Positions 1-11,775 of a stretch of 64,000 nt of DNA are shown here, piece after piece. A model generated the notes under the pieces. That model was not told the DNA's origin. It did no database searches and was given only the letters and a program-made list of their open reading frames with translations. How positions within the stretch are numbered: the first letter of the stretch is position 1; the number at the start of each line of letters is the position of its first letter. Source of the DNA: Carcharhinus amblyrhynchos (lineage: Eukaryota); NCBI GenBank assembly GCA_965287045.1, contig OZ336877.1, positions 48,298,001 through 48,362,000 of the forward strand. Direction: 5' to 3'. The position numbers and the translations under genes are program-made.

Positions 1-185
1 CACTAAGCAGATAGAGTTTGCATCCTTTAAGGGATAAGTGGATAAACATTGCGACAGGAAGATAATGAAACTATGGGTGAGAGTAGGATGATAGGAATAA
101 TTTTATATTGTTCCAGCAGAAAGCTGGCAAAATCATGTTGGGTCTCAATATCCGTATATGCGCTTCCACTGCTATGATTTTCTAA
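1..185 (+). mobile_element. Degenerate CR1 LINE 3' end
   Basis: Weak resemblance to other CR1 3' ends in the window (tttaagggataagtggataaaca...ctgctatgattttct). Confidence 0.4.
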
Positions 186-373
186 AAACCTCTTTGTAAA
201 CTGTGTTCCTAATTTAATAGTATAGAATAAGTTGCCATTGAAATGTCATAATTTTTTCTTAGTTAAATATTACCTGAAGATTAAGTTGCATATCGTGATT
301 ATTGTTTGTACTAAATGTTAACTGTTGAATGGAACTTGTTCCTGTAAGACTAATTGTTTGAGTGTTTCATTAG

Positions 374-583
374 ATTGATGAACAAGTAAAGGAGGTAGAC
401 GGAGCTTCTGGTAAACTTACTGTGGGTCAACAGGACGACCACCAGGCTGAGGACGACAAACTGTCCCAAAAATCCTCTTCCAGCAAGTTATCTAAATCTC
501 CTCTCAAAGTTGTAAAAAAGCCAAAGAACATGCTGTGCAAAGTGACCCTTCTGGATGGCTCTGAGCACACGTGTGAAGTTGAG
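374..583 (+). CDS. EPB41L3: EPB41L3 (protein 4.1B) internal coding exon: end of N-terminal unique region and start of FERM domain
   Basis: tttcattag|ATT acceptor and GAG|gtaagt donor; 210 nt, phase 0/0. Translates IDEQVKEVDGASGKLTVGQQDDHQAEDDKLSQKSSSSKLSKSPLKVVKKPKNMLCKVTLLDGSEHTCEVE, matching the recalled 4.1B motif EDDKLSQKSSSSKLSRSPLKIVKKPKSMQCKVILLDGSEYTCDVE. The 5' boundary is less certain than the 3' (in-frame alternative AG at 432-433). Confidence 0.9.
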
Positions 584-740
584 GTAAGTTGACTGATCAC
601 ATGCTCATTAGTAACTGATTCAGAGTTCTTCTTTTTCTGTATATCTAATGTCCTAAAAGCCACAAATCAAAATAGCTTCCATCTGTTCTTCTGGGTCAGT
701 GAATCCGTTTAAGCAACAAACCTGTTTTATTTTGTCCAGA

Positions 741-1797
741 AATGATTTGGATGAAATTAAATGTACATCTCCAAATTTATAGATGATACAAAATTGGGTG
801 GGCAGTTGAACTGTGAGGAGGATGCCGAGATGCTTCAGCATGATTTGGACAGGCTGAGTGAGTGGGTATATGCATGGCAGATACAGTATAATGTGGATAA
901 ATATGAGGTTATCCACTTTGGTAGCAAAAGTAGGAAGGCAGATTATTATTTGAATGGGTGTAAATTGAGGAACATGGATACTTAGCTAGACCTTGGTGTC
1001 CTCATGCATCGATCACAAAAATAAGTGTGCAGGTACAGCAGGCAGTAAAAAAGGCAAATGGTAAGTTGCCCTTCATAGCGAGAGGACTTAAGTATAGGAA
1101 TACTTTACTGCAATTGTATAGGGCATTGGTGAGGCCACACCATAGAACATTACAGCACAGAAACAGGCCTTTTGGCCCTACTTGACTGTGCCGAACCATT
1201 TTTCTGCCTAGTCCCACTGCCCTGCACCTGAGCCATATCCCTCCACACCCCTCCTATCCACGTACCTGTCCAAGTTTTTCTTAAAAACTGCAGTACACTT
1301 GCAGTATTGTGTGCAGTTTTGGTACTCTTAAAGGGAATGCAGCCAAGGTTTGTTTATTCCTGGGATGGCAGCACTGTCAAATGAGGAGAGACCTGGTCGG
1401 TTAGGATTATATTAATTGGAGTTTAGAAGAGTAAGAGGGGATCGCATAGAAACTTATAAAATCCTAACAGGGTACATTTGGAAGGAATGTTCCTGATGGT
1501 GAAGGAGTGCAGAACTAGGTGTCATAGTTTGAGGATAAGGAGTTATCCTTTGAGGATTGATGTGAGAAGAAATTTCTTCACCCAGAGAGTCGGTGATTCT
1601 GTGAAATTCATTAACATGGAAAGTAGTTGAGGCCAAAATGTTGTGTGATTTTGAGATGGAATTAGATACAACTTTTGGGATATTGAGGGGGAAGGCGGGA
1701 TCAGGGTATTGAATTTGATAATCAGCCGTGCTCCTACTGAATGGCAAAGCAGGCTCGAAGGGCCAAATGGCCTACTGATTCTGCTTCAATTTGCTGT
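741..1797 (+). mobile_element. CR1 (HER1-type) LINE, 5'-truncated and decayed
   Basis: ORF 761-985 SKFIDDTKLGG...LQHDLDRLSEW..WQIQYNVDKYEVIHFG is the CR1 RT C-terminus; 3' UTR gaatggcaaagcaggctcgaagggccaaatggcctact. Confidence 0.9.
1141..1287 (-). mobile_element. Short CR1 3'-end insertion nested in the previous LINE
   Basis: catagaacattacagcacagaaacaggccttttggccc is the reverse complement of a CR1 tail; it interrupts host sequence gaggccacac/ttgcagtattgtgtgcag. Confidence 0.8.
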
Positions 1798-2911
1798 GTG
1801 TGTTTCCATGTATATCCCCTGGTGCAACGTCCAGAAGTTTTATGTTGAAGCTCTTTTGCTTTAAAATTGCTTATTAGAAGAAGCCTACTGCCTGAAACCT
1901 ACTGGTAAATGTACAGAGAAAGCACAACAACTTTTAAACTAATTTTAAAGATTTACTTGGGGACTAATGTGCTGCTTGGAATTTGCTGTGCTTGGTGACA
2001 GCTGGTGCTTTGAGAGGTGCTATCTGAAATGGTAAGCCTCTTGCCAAATATGTATGTATAAGCAATCAGTGGATGTTGTAATGACCTTCAATAGTACTTA
2101 CAAATATGCTGAAAATAGCTGTTCAGAATAGGAAATCTACAGGAAACCAGTGAGACATTTAAAATGTGTAAATGTCTGTCTCTGATTTTAAATGAAGTGT
2201 TGTCATTAGTGATGAAGAATTTTACTTGCCATAACAGTGGCAAAAAGAGCAACATTTTATATAGTTCTCTTTAAATGTGCAAATTATGTAAAGCATGGTC
2301 ACTATCTGATTAAGACTGTGGGCACATTTTATTATTTTAAAAGAATACAACTTGTAATTGTGCAAATTACTTGATTTAAAATAAGTAATGTTGCTGCATT
2401 CTCTTTCATTACCTATTCCCTGTGATAGTTTGAAATCACCAATTTTTCTTTTTACTTAGACCATTCAGTCCATCATGCATGCACTGACATTCTGTCTCTA
2501 ATTTGGAGAGCAAGATTCTGTCCACAACTGGCGCCACTTCCACAAAAGTGAAAGAAATACATAGCACCAAATGGCTCTGCTGCTTGTATCTGAGTTTGTT
2601 ATTCATTCTCTATGCAATGCTAGCAAGGACAGCTTTTTAGTACCCTTGTAAAGGTGGTGATGAACCCCTCAAATGAACAAATGTGAGTGAAGGCTGCTGT
2701 GGATCCAAATTCTCAGCCTCCTGTTTAGGAGTCATACATAACCAGGGGAAATGACTGCAGCGCTCAGGACTTTAGCAAGGTCTGTAGCAAGTTGGTAGAG
2801 ATTCAAAGGTTGTATTTTATCCAATTGAATGAGCCACGTCAACTTTCCAGATCAAAAGTGAAACTTTTGTAATTGTCAAGGAACTTCATTTATTTTTATA
2901 CCACGTGTTTG

Positions 2912-3282
2912 GGTTTATATAGTACCTTTTTCATGGCCTTTTGAATATCTCAAAAGCTAAACAATATAGTCACTGCTGAAATGGAGGGAAATACAAACTT
3001 CAGTGAGATGAATGGAAAATAATCTGTTTCCTTGTTTAAGGACTAAATTTGGCCAAGAACCCAAGAAAGCTCTCCTGCTCATCCTCAAATAGTACAGTGG
3101 GATTTTTTGCATCCATCTGAAATGGCAGATGGATTCTCCATTTAGCTTCCCATCCAATATATGGCATCTCAGAAAATACTGTACTCCCTTAGCCTTGATT
3201 GGGCATTCAAGTGTCGTGTGAGAGGCTTGAAGCCCAACTGTCTGACTCAGATGTCTCTGCACTGACGTTGAACCAAAGTTGA
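2912..3282 (-). mobile_element. Decayed SacSINE1-like (DeuSINE superfamily) SINE
   Basis: Recognised motifs tttatatagtacctttt...tagtcactg...ataatctgttt...ggccaagaac...ctcctgctc...gggatttttt..atccatctga...ggcagatgg...cttgaa.ccca..tctgactcaga (tRNA head in reverse). Confidence 0.65.
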
Positions 3283-3494
3283 TTCAATGTTCTAACTCTA
3301 TATAAAAAAAATATAATTTAGCTCCAGTATGTTATCAAGTGATTAAAAATAAATATTTTGGTAATTTAGATCTTCTGTCTCTTGAGTGTTATAAATAAAA
3401 AGAAAACTGTACTATGATGCAATTCATTTTCAAAATCTCTTTGCGAGCTATTTCAAAATCCCTTGAGAGCAGGTAGTCGAGTTCTGTATTATTG

Positions 3495-3715
3495 AACAAT
3501 GTTGGACCTGGGAGCTGAATTGAAGTGCTGTAAATAGAGTCCAGGGATTGGAGTGTGCTGGGTGCTGAACAAAGGGAGTCAGGAGTGGGGAATGCCATAA
3601 ATTGTGCCTGGTGGATTGGAGTGCGGCCTTTCCTACCTTGGAGCTGAATGTTGAGAGTTGGGAATGCCATAAGTAGCAGTGGGGAATCGGAGTCGGGAGC
3701 TGGGAATGCCATGTC
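3495..3715 (+). repeat. Degenerate G-rich modular repeat (GGGAATGCCAT x3, GGAGCTGAAT x2), probably a CR1 5' UTR
   Basis: gggaatgccat near 3588, 3660 and 3702; lies upstream of a CR1 ORF1 start at about 4400. Confidence 0.5.
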
Positions 3716-3898
3716 AGCTGTTGAAGAGATTGAGTGGGGGGGGGGAAATTGTGACATGGCAGGAAATTAGTAACCTGATTGGCCAGTAAGCACTTGGTGT
3801 AAGGGACAGTGCATTAATAGACAGCTTAGGACACTGGAGGTCAAGTAGATCTATCAGTAACAAGAGCTAAAAATAGTTAAATACCTAATACAAAAAAT

Positions 3899-4235
3899 GG
3901 GCGGCACGGTAGCGCAGTGGTTAGCACTGCTGCTTCACAGCTCCAGGGACCTGGGTTCGATTCCTGGCTTGGGTCACAGTCTGTGTGGAGTTTGCACATT
4001 CTCCTCGTCTGTGTGTGTTTCCTCCGGGTGCTCTGGTTTCCTCTCTCAGTCCAAAGATGTGCGGGTTAGGTTGATTGGCCATGGTAAAATTGCCTTTGGT
4101 GTCCTGAAATATGTACGTTAGAGGGCTTAGTGGTTAAATATGTGGGGATATGGGGGTAGGGCCTGGGTGGGATTGTGGTCAGTGCAGACTCGATGGGCCA
4201 AACAGCCTGTTTCTCTGCTGTAGGGTTTCTATGAT
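3899..4235 (+). mobile_element. HE1-type tRNA-derived V-SINE, full length
   Basis: A box ggtagcgcagtggttagc, B box gggttcgattcc, V-domain tgtgtggagtttgcacattctc...gtttcctccgggtgctctggtttcctc, and CR1-like tail gatgggcc..a.gcct...ctgctgtagggtttctatgatt. Confidence 0.93.
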
Positions 4236-4396
4236 TAAAACACAAGTGTAATTAAGAAATTTGTAACTTTTAGTTTTGTTTGGGGGGGGGGGTACTAGCA
4301 TTTAATAAATACAGTAAATAGGTGCATATGTAAGAATAATTCTAATTAAGAAATTACTACTGCAATAAACATTTTGTATAAAGTTTAAGGTGTGTC

Positions 4397-5330
4397 ATTG
4401 CAGCTCAGCCATGAGAAATGTGCACCCTGCAGGATGTGGAAAGTTTGCAGGCACCAAGTGCTCTCGATGACTACATCTGCAGGAAGTGTCACCGGCTGCA
4501 GAAACTTAAGCTTCAGGTTGTGGAGAAGGATAGTCTTCTGAAGCACATATATATGTTGGTGGATTGGGCAGACACTCAGTACGTGAAGTTTAATGCAGAG
4601 AATTGTGAGATGGTTCACTTTTACAGAAAGAAAATGAAGAGACAGTATAAAACAAAAGGGAGAAACTCTAAAGGAGGTATTGGAGCAAAGAGACCTTGGT
4701 GTATATGAGAGTACTTCATTGAAGGTGACAGATTATGTTGAGAAAGCAGTTAAAGCATGTTGTATCTTAGGCTTTAGTAATGGGGCATTGAGGACGAGAG
4801 GGAGGAGGTCATGTTGAACTTGTATAAGACACTAGTTAAGGCGCATTTGAAGTTATGCACCCATTCTGGGTGCCGTAGTTGAGGAAGGATATGAAGGTTT
4901 TGTAAAGAGGAGATTCAGAAGGAGGACCCCAGGAGTCAAGAACTGCAGCTATTAGGAAAGAATGGAGAGGTTGGAATTGTTTTCCTTGGAGAAAAGAAGG
5001 TTGTGAGGAGAATTGATAAAGATATCCAGGATTCTGAGAGGTATAGATAAAGTAGAAAGTAAGAAACTGTTTCCATTCGTAAGAGCAGCAAGAACGAAGA
5101 GGGCACAGATTCAAAATAATTGGCAAAAGCGATGTAAGGGTTTTTTTTCCCACCCTGTGGGGGGCTGGAGTCTGGAATCAATTTTGAGAGAGGGTGGAAG
5201 AGAGTTCGATGAGGTCTTGAAAAGTAGTTGCTATCTGGTAAGAAACCATGTGTGAGGTTATGGAGAGCCAGTTGCGGATTGGGCCAAATGACAACCTCCT
5301 ATCCTGAAAAGATTCTGTGATTGAGTTGGT
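4397..5330 (+). mobile_element. CR1 remnant: ORF1 zinc-finger start joined directly to the ORF2 3' third
   Basis: CAPCRMWK.../DDYICRKCHRLQKLKLQVVE (CR1 ORF1 CxxC..CxxC-leucine zipper) followed from about 4526 by ..DWAD..YVKFNAENCEMVHF, then KILRGIDKVESKKLFP. Confidence 0.75.
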
Positions 5331-6439
5331 GCAATGCACCAACAATACAATTATCAAGATTGTATGAATAAAGATCATAGGATTTTTGAAAGCATTTATG
5401 AGAATACAATTACCAGAAGAAAGCTCAAACTCAAGATTATATGCAAATAATGTGATATTAATTTATATTTTAGTACATACTTTATTTTGCTTAGATGAAT
5501 ATATTATACTCCTAATTATGGTCGGTTCATTTCTAATGGAGCAGTTGCAATGTTTTACTCACTGGATCAAGCTTTTGTTGATATTTACCTTGCAAGTTTT
5601 AAAAATTAGTCTGAGTAGAGTGGGATTTGCCTTGGCTCTATTTTGTTGTTGAAATGGCCAATATATGTCCATTTTAGAGTTCTTCAGTTGTTACGTACAG
5701 TAATGCTTCAGGACATGAGTGTTTTTGTAGTAGAAATTACTTTCTTTACTTGAAATAAATTCTGATGGTTTGAGGCACCACTGTAATTGGTAGCTCGCTT
5801 TCATTTTTTTTAACCAGTTAAAGCTTTGATTGGATTCAGTGGTTTTTTTTTTGTTGAAAAGCTTCAAGTTATTCCCTTAAGGAATTCAGAATGTGTTGCA
5901 TAGCACATGTGAGAGCTCAGTCTGACTTAGAAGTTCTATTAGAAACCAATTCAAAACAGCCAACCATTATTGTTTCAAGAAGATAACCATATATGTGTGT
6001 CACAGGACCATTCTTTACTCTGTAACCAAGCATAATCTTGACAGCAAGATATGTTTGAATTCTGTTGCTGTCTGAATGAGTTACTTGCAACTTGCTCTGT
6101 GTAAAGGTGGGTGAGAATGTAATTAGAAGATGATGAATGGCCAGCTGGAGTTATAAGTAAAAGAATTTAAAAAAACCCTCATCCAAGACTACTTTTTCAA
6201 TCTATCCATCAAAACATGTGAAAGATTTCAGCACTAGACGAGCAAAAAATTAGTTTTGGCGACCATGGTGGCAGTTATGGTACTGAATTTTCATCTCAAG
6301 ACATTCAATTTCACTGTATAAAGTTATGAAATTAATTTTAATAAGAAATTTATGAACTGTGTCAGGAAAATCTTACTGACTAAGTAACTCCTCTGCTGCT
6401 CTTGAAACTAATGCATGATGTGGGGTGGGAAGATTCAGC

Positions 6440-7560
6440 AAAGGGTGAATTCAAAAGCAGTAAGAGAAGCTACAGGGCCCCAGAGCAGAATAGTGAATTA
6501 GTTTTAAAAAAAAAAATGTGGAATGGGTCAGGAAGAACTTAAAAGTAATGGGTGTAATGATATCAGGCGGACAATAAAACTATAGGCTCTATTTTTGAAT
6601 ATGTGAAGCATTCACAGTAAAATAGATACATGAATAACAGAAAATTCAATTGGGGTAATCTTACAGTCATTCAGCAAAGCAGTTGCAGAATAATCGAGGT
6701 TGGAAGTTATTCCAAGGGTCATGTGGTGGCACAGAGATTTGCGTTGCTGCCTCTCAGCGCCGGGACCCGGGTTCAGTTCTGGCCTCAAGTGACTGTGTGG
6801 AGTTTGCACCTTCTCCCTGTATCAGTGTGGGTTTCCTCTGGATGTTCCGGTTTCCTCCCACAGTCCAAAGCAGTATGTGTTGGATTGATTGGCCATGTTA
6901 AATTGCCCTTTTAGTGTCAAGGGGACTAGCTGGGTAAATATATGGGGTAGGCCTGAGTGGGAGTGTTATCAGTCCAGGCTTGATGGGCTGAATGGCCTCC
7001 TTCTGCACTGTAAGGGTTCTATGATACTGTGATACTTGACTTTTTGAAGAAATGGCTAAGATGGAAAAGGCTGTCTCCCAAACCCTGACAGATAAGACTG
7101 CCTAATGATGAAGAATGGAATAACAGCAGCAGAGAGAAAGGATCTTGGCTTGGAAAATCAACTTATAGAATAATTTTGGGTGGAGCTAAGAAATATTTTA
7201 AGGGGCAGGGCATAATGCTTCAAGTAACATATAGGCTCCCTAACAAAATCATGCAGACTGTAAGTCAGGAGATTAGAGGTGTGTGTATATATAAGGGTAA
7301 TACTGTAACTAAAGGTTACTTCAATCGTAATATGCACTGGTCAAACTAAATTTTTAGCAATAGCGTAGAGGACAAGTTCATTGAATTCAAGCTAGTTTTC
7401 TACATCAGTATGCCAAAGAATGTATGTCAATAGGATAACTGGCCTTTTTAGACTAAATATTGTGTAGAGAGAAGGTTAATTACCTATCTGGGGAGGAGTG
7501 ACCCATGTTTGAATTTCTAAAAATAGAATTAATAGAATTTTATATTGAGAGTTTTAGAAT
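6440..7560 (+). mobile_element. Highly decayed CR1 ORF2 endonuclease region, interrupted by a SINE
   Basis: ggctctatttttgaatatgtgaagcattcacagtaaaatagat (approximately ALYLNARSIRNKID), ttttgggtggagctaagaaat (WVELRN), ataggctccctaac (YRPPN). Confidence 0.6.
6718..7028 (+). mobile_element. HE1-type V-SINE
   Basis: ggtggcacag...ctgcctctcagcgccgggacccgggttcagttc, V-domain, tail gatgggctgaatggcctccttctgcactgtaagggttctatga. Confidence 0.9.
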
Positions 7561-7779
7561 GAATGAATGAATTTGTTAACTAACTAGCATTTTACCAAAC
7601 AAAAAAGACAATTTCTTGTTGGACAAGCTTCTTTTGGGGCAATGACATTTGTCACTGCCAGCAATAAGTGTACCCGATTGTTCTTTATGCATCCTCTGTT
7701 TGTATTTCAGGTTTTCAGCACCCAGAGTATTTTGATTTTTGTTTTTATGTATTAAATCCACTGTGACAATACTAACAAG

Positions 7780-7945
7780 ACTTTAAGAAGGATATAGATA
7801 TAGTTCTGATTTTAAAAAAACAGGTTAAAGGGATATGGGGGAACAGGTAGGGAGGTGAGACCGGGAAGAGGTCAGCCAAGTTCTAATTGAATGGCAGCGC
7901 AGGCGAGAAGGGCTGAATTTGCCTACTTCTGCTCCAAATTCCAAT
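7780..7945 (+). mobile_element. CR1 3' tail fragment
   Basis: taaagggatatggggg...attgaatggcagcgcaggcgagaagggctgaatttgcctacttctgctcc. Confidence 0.7.
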
Positions 7946-8961
7946 GCTCCAGTGTAACCTGCCAACCCATCCACACCTCCACAGTGAGTGGTTTTCTGGC
8001 TGTGTTTTGTGTAAAAAGAAAACTAATGTTGTCTGAAACAGGAGAGAAGGATTTGAGAAGTTAATTCCTTCAGTTAGGTGTGGAATGGGTTGTAAGGACT
8101 CTTTCTTTGCAGTTTACTCTGAAGGTGTTAGTTACTGGGCTGGGGCCCAGGCTTGTAGCAGCCCAAATTCGTAACTCATTGCAAACAGCACAAATATCAA
8201 TGATGAAGTGGATTTACCTAACAATTGCTGTTACCAACAAAAAAACTTTTAATAGTTAATAAAGAAGATAAAGGTATAAAAGAGAAAATTGGTTTGAATA
8301 AATTTGACACAATGTTAGTGTTAAGTAACTTGGAGGAACTAGTGGTTTACCACACTAGTAAGACATGGATTCACACTTCACATATAATTCAGACTGTCAA
8401 ATGTGCACCAGGTGAAGGTAAGGAACTTTGCCCACAGGGAGGAAATAAATCGGTGATTTAGCAGGCAGGTCTGTCTGGGCTGATCTTGTACTAGGTCAAA
8501 CACCTGGATCAAAAGCATAACTGTTAGACAGTGAGCAGTAAAATGTTTGCTGCTTTCAAGGAATGTATCTGCACCCAAAAGGTAGATTTTTCACTCACCA
8601 ACCTAATGTAAACTCAAGGGTGAGTGGGAAATCAACCCTGGATGGGATTCCCCGGTCTCATCCATAGTGGGACCCGTTGCGAGCAAGAATGGAGAGCCAA
8701 AATTCCATTCACTTTCAGTGGCACTGGAAAATCCCAGCTGCGAACGATGATGGAAGATTTCGACCCCTTTATCATGTTCCATGGGAATTTTAATGCTTAT
8801 GTTGTTGGCAGCTGATGAACCCTCTGCCCACATCAGGTAGGAATAGACTCGACTGTCCTTTTAATTGCTGGACGCCCATCCTAGCTGTCCCTTTGAATAA
8901 TATCTGATCAATAAGCATTTAAAATGTTTCTTTTGGAGGAGCAGGGATGTTTGTCCAGGTC

Positions 8962-9003
8962 CTACAAGAAAACGAGCTTCTACAAGAAAACGAGCTTCTA
9001 CAA
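8962..9003. repeat. Perfect 18-bp tandem duplication (CTACAAGAAAACGAGCTT x2.3)
   Basis: Read directly from the sequence. Confidence 0.9.
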
Positions 9004-9139
9004 TTGGCGTCTGTCTCTCACCCATGAGACTCTGAATAACTCCTCCCTTGCAAGCATCTTCTTGCTAACAGTTGACCTCCAGACTATATTTTAACTTACT
9101 ACCAGCTGCCTCTTTCCACCAATTTTAGATAGGCAGTTA

Positions 9140-9346
9140 TAGAATCTCTACGGAGCAGAAGGAGACCATTCAACCCATTGAGGCTACACCCACCCTCTGA
9201 CAGAGTATCTTACCCAGGCTCTCCTCCACCCTATTCCCATAACCTCATGTGTATTTACTCCACTAATCCCCCAACCTACACATCTGGGGACACTTGAATG
9301 GCAATTTAGCATGGCCAATCCACCTAATCTCCACATCTTTGGACTG
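9140..9346 (-). mobile_element. HE1-type SINE, 3' half
   Basis: tagaatctctacggagcagaaggagaccattc...gcaatttagcatggccaatccacctaatctccacatctttggactg. Confidence 0.8.
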
Positions 9347-10112
9347 CTGTTGTCTGTTGGGATTTGTATGACGCCAGTTAATATATCTGGGCTTCAAATT
9401 GATGTTGTTGCAGGGTGGTGATGTTGTTTGACACATCTAGCAATAGGGTCTATAATTAACAAAATAATATAGCATTTCTATGAAAAATGTAATGTCAAAT
9501 CAAGTTGCTTGATCTGTTTATTAGAAATGCAGATTGCTGCTTTCTCAATGCTTTGAGACACCCCAGTTAAACATGTGATCGCAGCTGCAGCTATTTGGGA
9601 TCTACATATTTTGCACCATTCTAAAAATGGATACAAATAAAGCGTATATTACATTCTACTCCTGATAATTCCATTTTAAGAACTGAATTATCTAATAATT
9701 TCATTGAAGTAATAGCAATGGAAAGCAAGAACTAAGTGCCAAAAATTAATCAAAAGATATTTTGAAATGGTGAAATTGAATTAATAGTAGTTTATAAATT
9801 GTTCATACATTTCTAGATGTTCGTTGGTGTGACTTAGTTACAACAGGGGACGTTGCTGTTGGCCCTGTTTGGAACCCTACATCTTTCAGTTGTTGGAGGT
9901 TACTCTAAATAAATCGATATGGGTTTTTCTGCACCACTGTAAGTAGAATTGGTGCTGGCTCAAAATTTACATGATGCTTTATTTAGGGAGCATTGTATGG
10001 TTGACAGCCACTTGAAACAAACCCTAAATCACTAACGAATCTGTGTTGAGTGGAAAATGGTGCGAGGTTTTGCAAATTACTCAGGATGAGCTTTAGATTG
10101 CTGTTGGTTTGA

Positions 10113-10432
10113 ATCATCATCAAATCCCTACAGGATAGGAGGAGGCCATTCAGTCTGTTGGGCCTGCACTGACTACAATCCCACCCAGGCCCTATTCCTA
10201 TAACCCCTCATATTTAACCTGCTAATCCCCTGACACTAGGGTCAATTTAACATGGTCAATCAGCCTAAACCGCACATATTTGTGGGATGGAAGGAGGAAA
10301 CTGGAGCACCTAGAAGAAAAGCACGTCAACATGAGGAAAATGTGCAAACTCCACACACGCAGTCACCTGAGGCAGGAATTGAACCTGGGTCCCTGGAGCT
10401 GTGAGGTCTCAGTGCTATAACCACTGCGCCAT
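10113..10432 (-). mobile_element. HE1-type V-SINE
   Basis: Reverse complement of head (gaattgaacctgggtccctggagctgtgagg...accactgcgcca), V-domain (tgtgcaaactccacaca) and tail. Confidence 0.9.
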
Positions 10433-11487
10433 AGTTTCATTCTGGCTCATCTGGAAGAAAGCTTGAGTTGAATTTTTCAGAAGTCTTATTTTGTGATCTT
10501 GTTTCTGGTCTAGATCATCATCATTATTTGGGGGGAAAAAACTCCTGTCAGTATGATGATTTTACTGGGACTAAGTTGGATCCAGGCCCTATCATGTTTG
10601 GAAAGGATTCTGGAATTTTTTTATCGGTTTTCAGGCGGGCAGTCCATGATTTTGCCTGTTTATAATTAGATTTATTGGTTTGTGGCAGTGGAATAATGCA
10701 ACTTCTATTTCTGATCATATGGGATTATGTAATTTTCCACAATTTCTTTTTCTGGTGTCTGAGGGACCATATTCTGCAAATTTCTGTTTTCCATAAATTT
10801 GCATTCACCTACATTTTGTTTCCATTCAATAAGGACATTCCAAAACATTTTTCCATTTCCTGTCAGACATTTCCTTTGCTTGGATTCATAGTATATCTTA
10901 AAGGAAAGCAAACTTCTTTGGGATTTTTTTCAGGTTTGCTTCATGTTGATCTAGTGGCAGCTGTGAATTGTGCAAAGGCAGAGAATCTTTGTCTTGGTTG
11001 GCTAATATGATAGGAAAGATAATATTTACTTCTGGCTGGCAACCCCTAAAGTCCATATAGAAATGGAAAGCTTAATCTTTGCAGAAGGATTTGGTGAAAA
11101 ACAACTGGGCTCTACGGTACTGAAATATTCTATGTCTGATGAACATCTTTTACATAAGCTTTCTTGTAATATTTAGAAATAAAAGCGCCAACAGTTTAGT
11201 GCTATTCTGCAGGCATCCCATTAAACTGTTGGCTTTTGTGATTTGCATTAGAATATTTTTGTTCAGCTGCTTTAGTTTCATTCAACTTTGTCTAAAATCA
11301 TTGTTGCCACAGAATGTTTTTAACCATCAACTTCAAAATGGCAATTTTTTTTTATTGAGCCACACCTGATGACTGAGTCAGACCCATTGTCTGAACAACT
11401 AATTTTAACTAGTCTCTTTCAGAGCTGCATAAATATCAACAGTCACTGTCATCAACTCGGGTTACTTTAATAGTCAGGTAGCTAGCT

Positions 11488-11775
11488 AGGGATGGCACAA
11501 CGGTTAGCACTGCTGCCTCACAGTGCCCAGGGACCTGGATTTGATTCCCTGCTTGGGTCACTGTCTGTGCGGAGTCTGCATATTCTTCCTGTGTCTGTGT
11601 GGGTTTCCTCCAGGTGCTCCGGTTTCCTCCGACAGTCTAAAGACATGCTGGTTAGGTGCATTGGTCATGCTAAATTGTCCGTCTGTACCCGAACAGAGAC
11701 TGGAGCGCGGGGATTTTCACAGTAACTTCGTTGTAGTGTTAATGTAAGCCGACTTGTGACACAAATAAATAAATT
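11488..11775 (+). mobile_element. V-SINE with HE1-like head and core but a different, non-CR1 3' tail
   Basis: Same head and V-domain as the other SINEs, then ggggattttcacagtaacttcgttgtagtgttaatgtaagccgacttgtgacacaaataaataaa. Confidence 0.85.

Noticed and set aside
427-663. 78-aa minus-strand ORF
   Set aside because: Antisense shadow of the EPB41L3 exon; the + frame has the conserved protein and splice sites.
3495-3715. Spaced GGGAATGCCAT repeats as a CRISPR-like array
   Set aside because: Only three 11-nt units with irregular spacing, eukaryotic context and no cas genes; better explained as a LINE 5' UTR.
3899-3970. tRNA-like sequence with A and B boxes
   Set aside because: It is a SINE head continuing into the V-domain and LINE tail, present in several decayed copies; not a tRNA gene.
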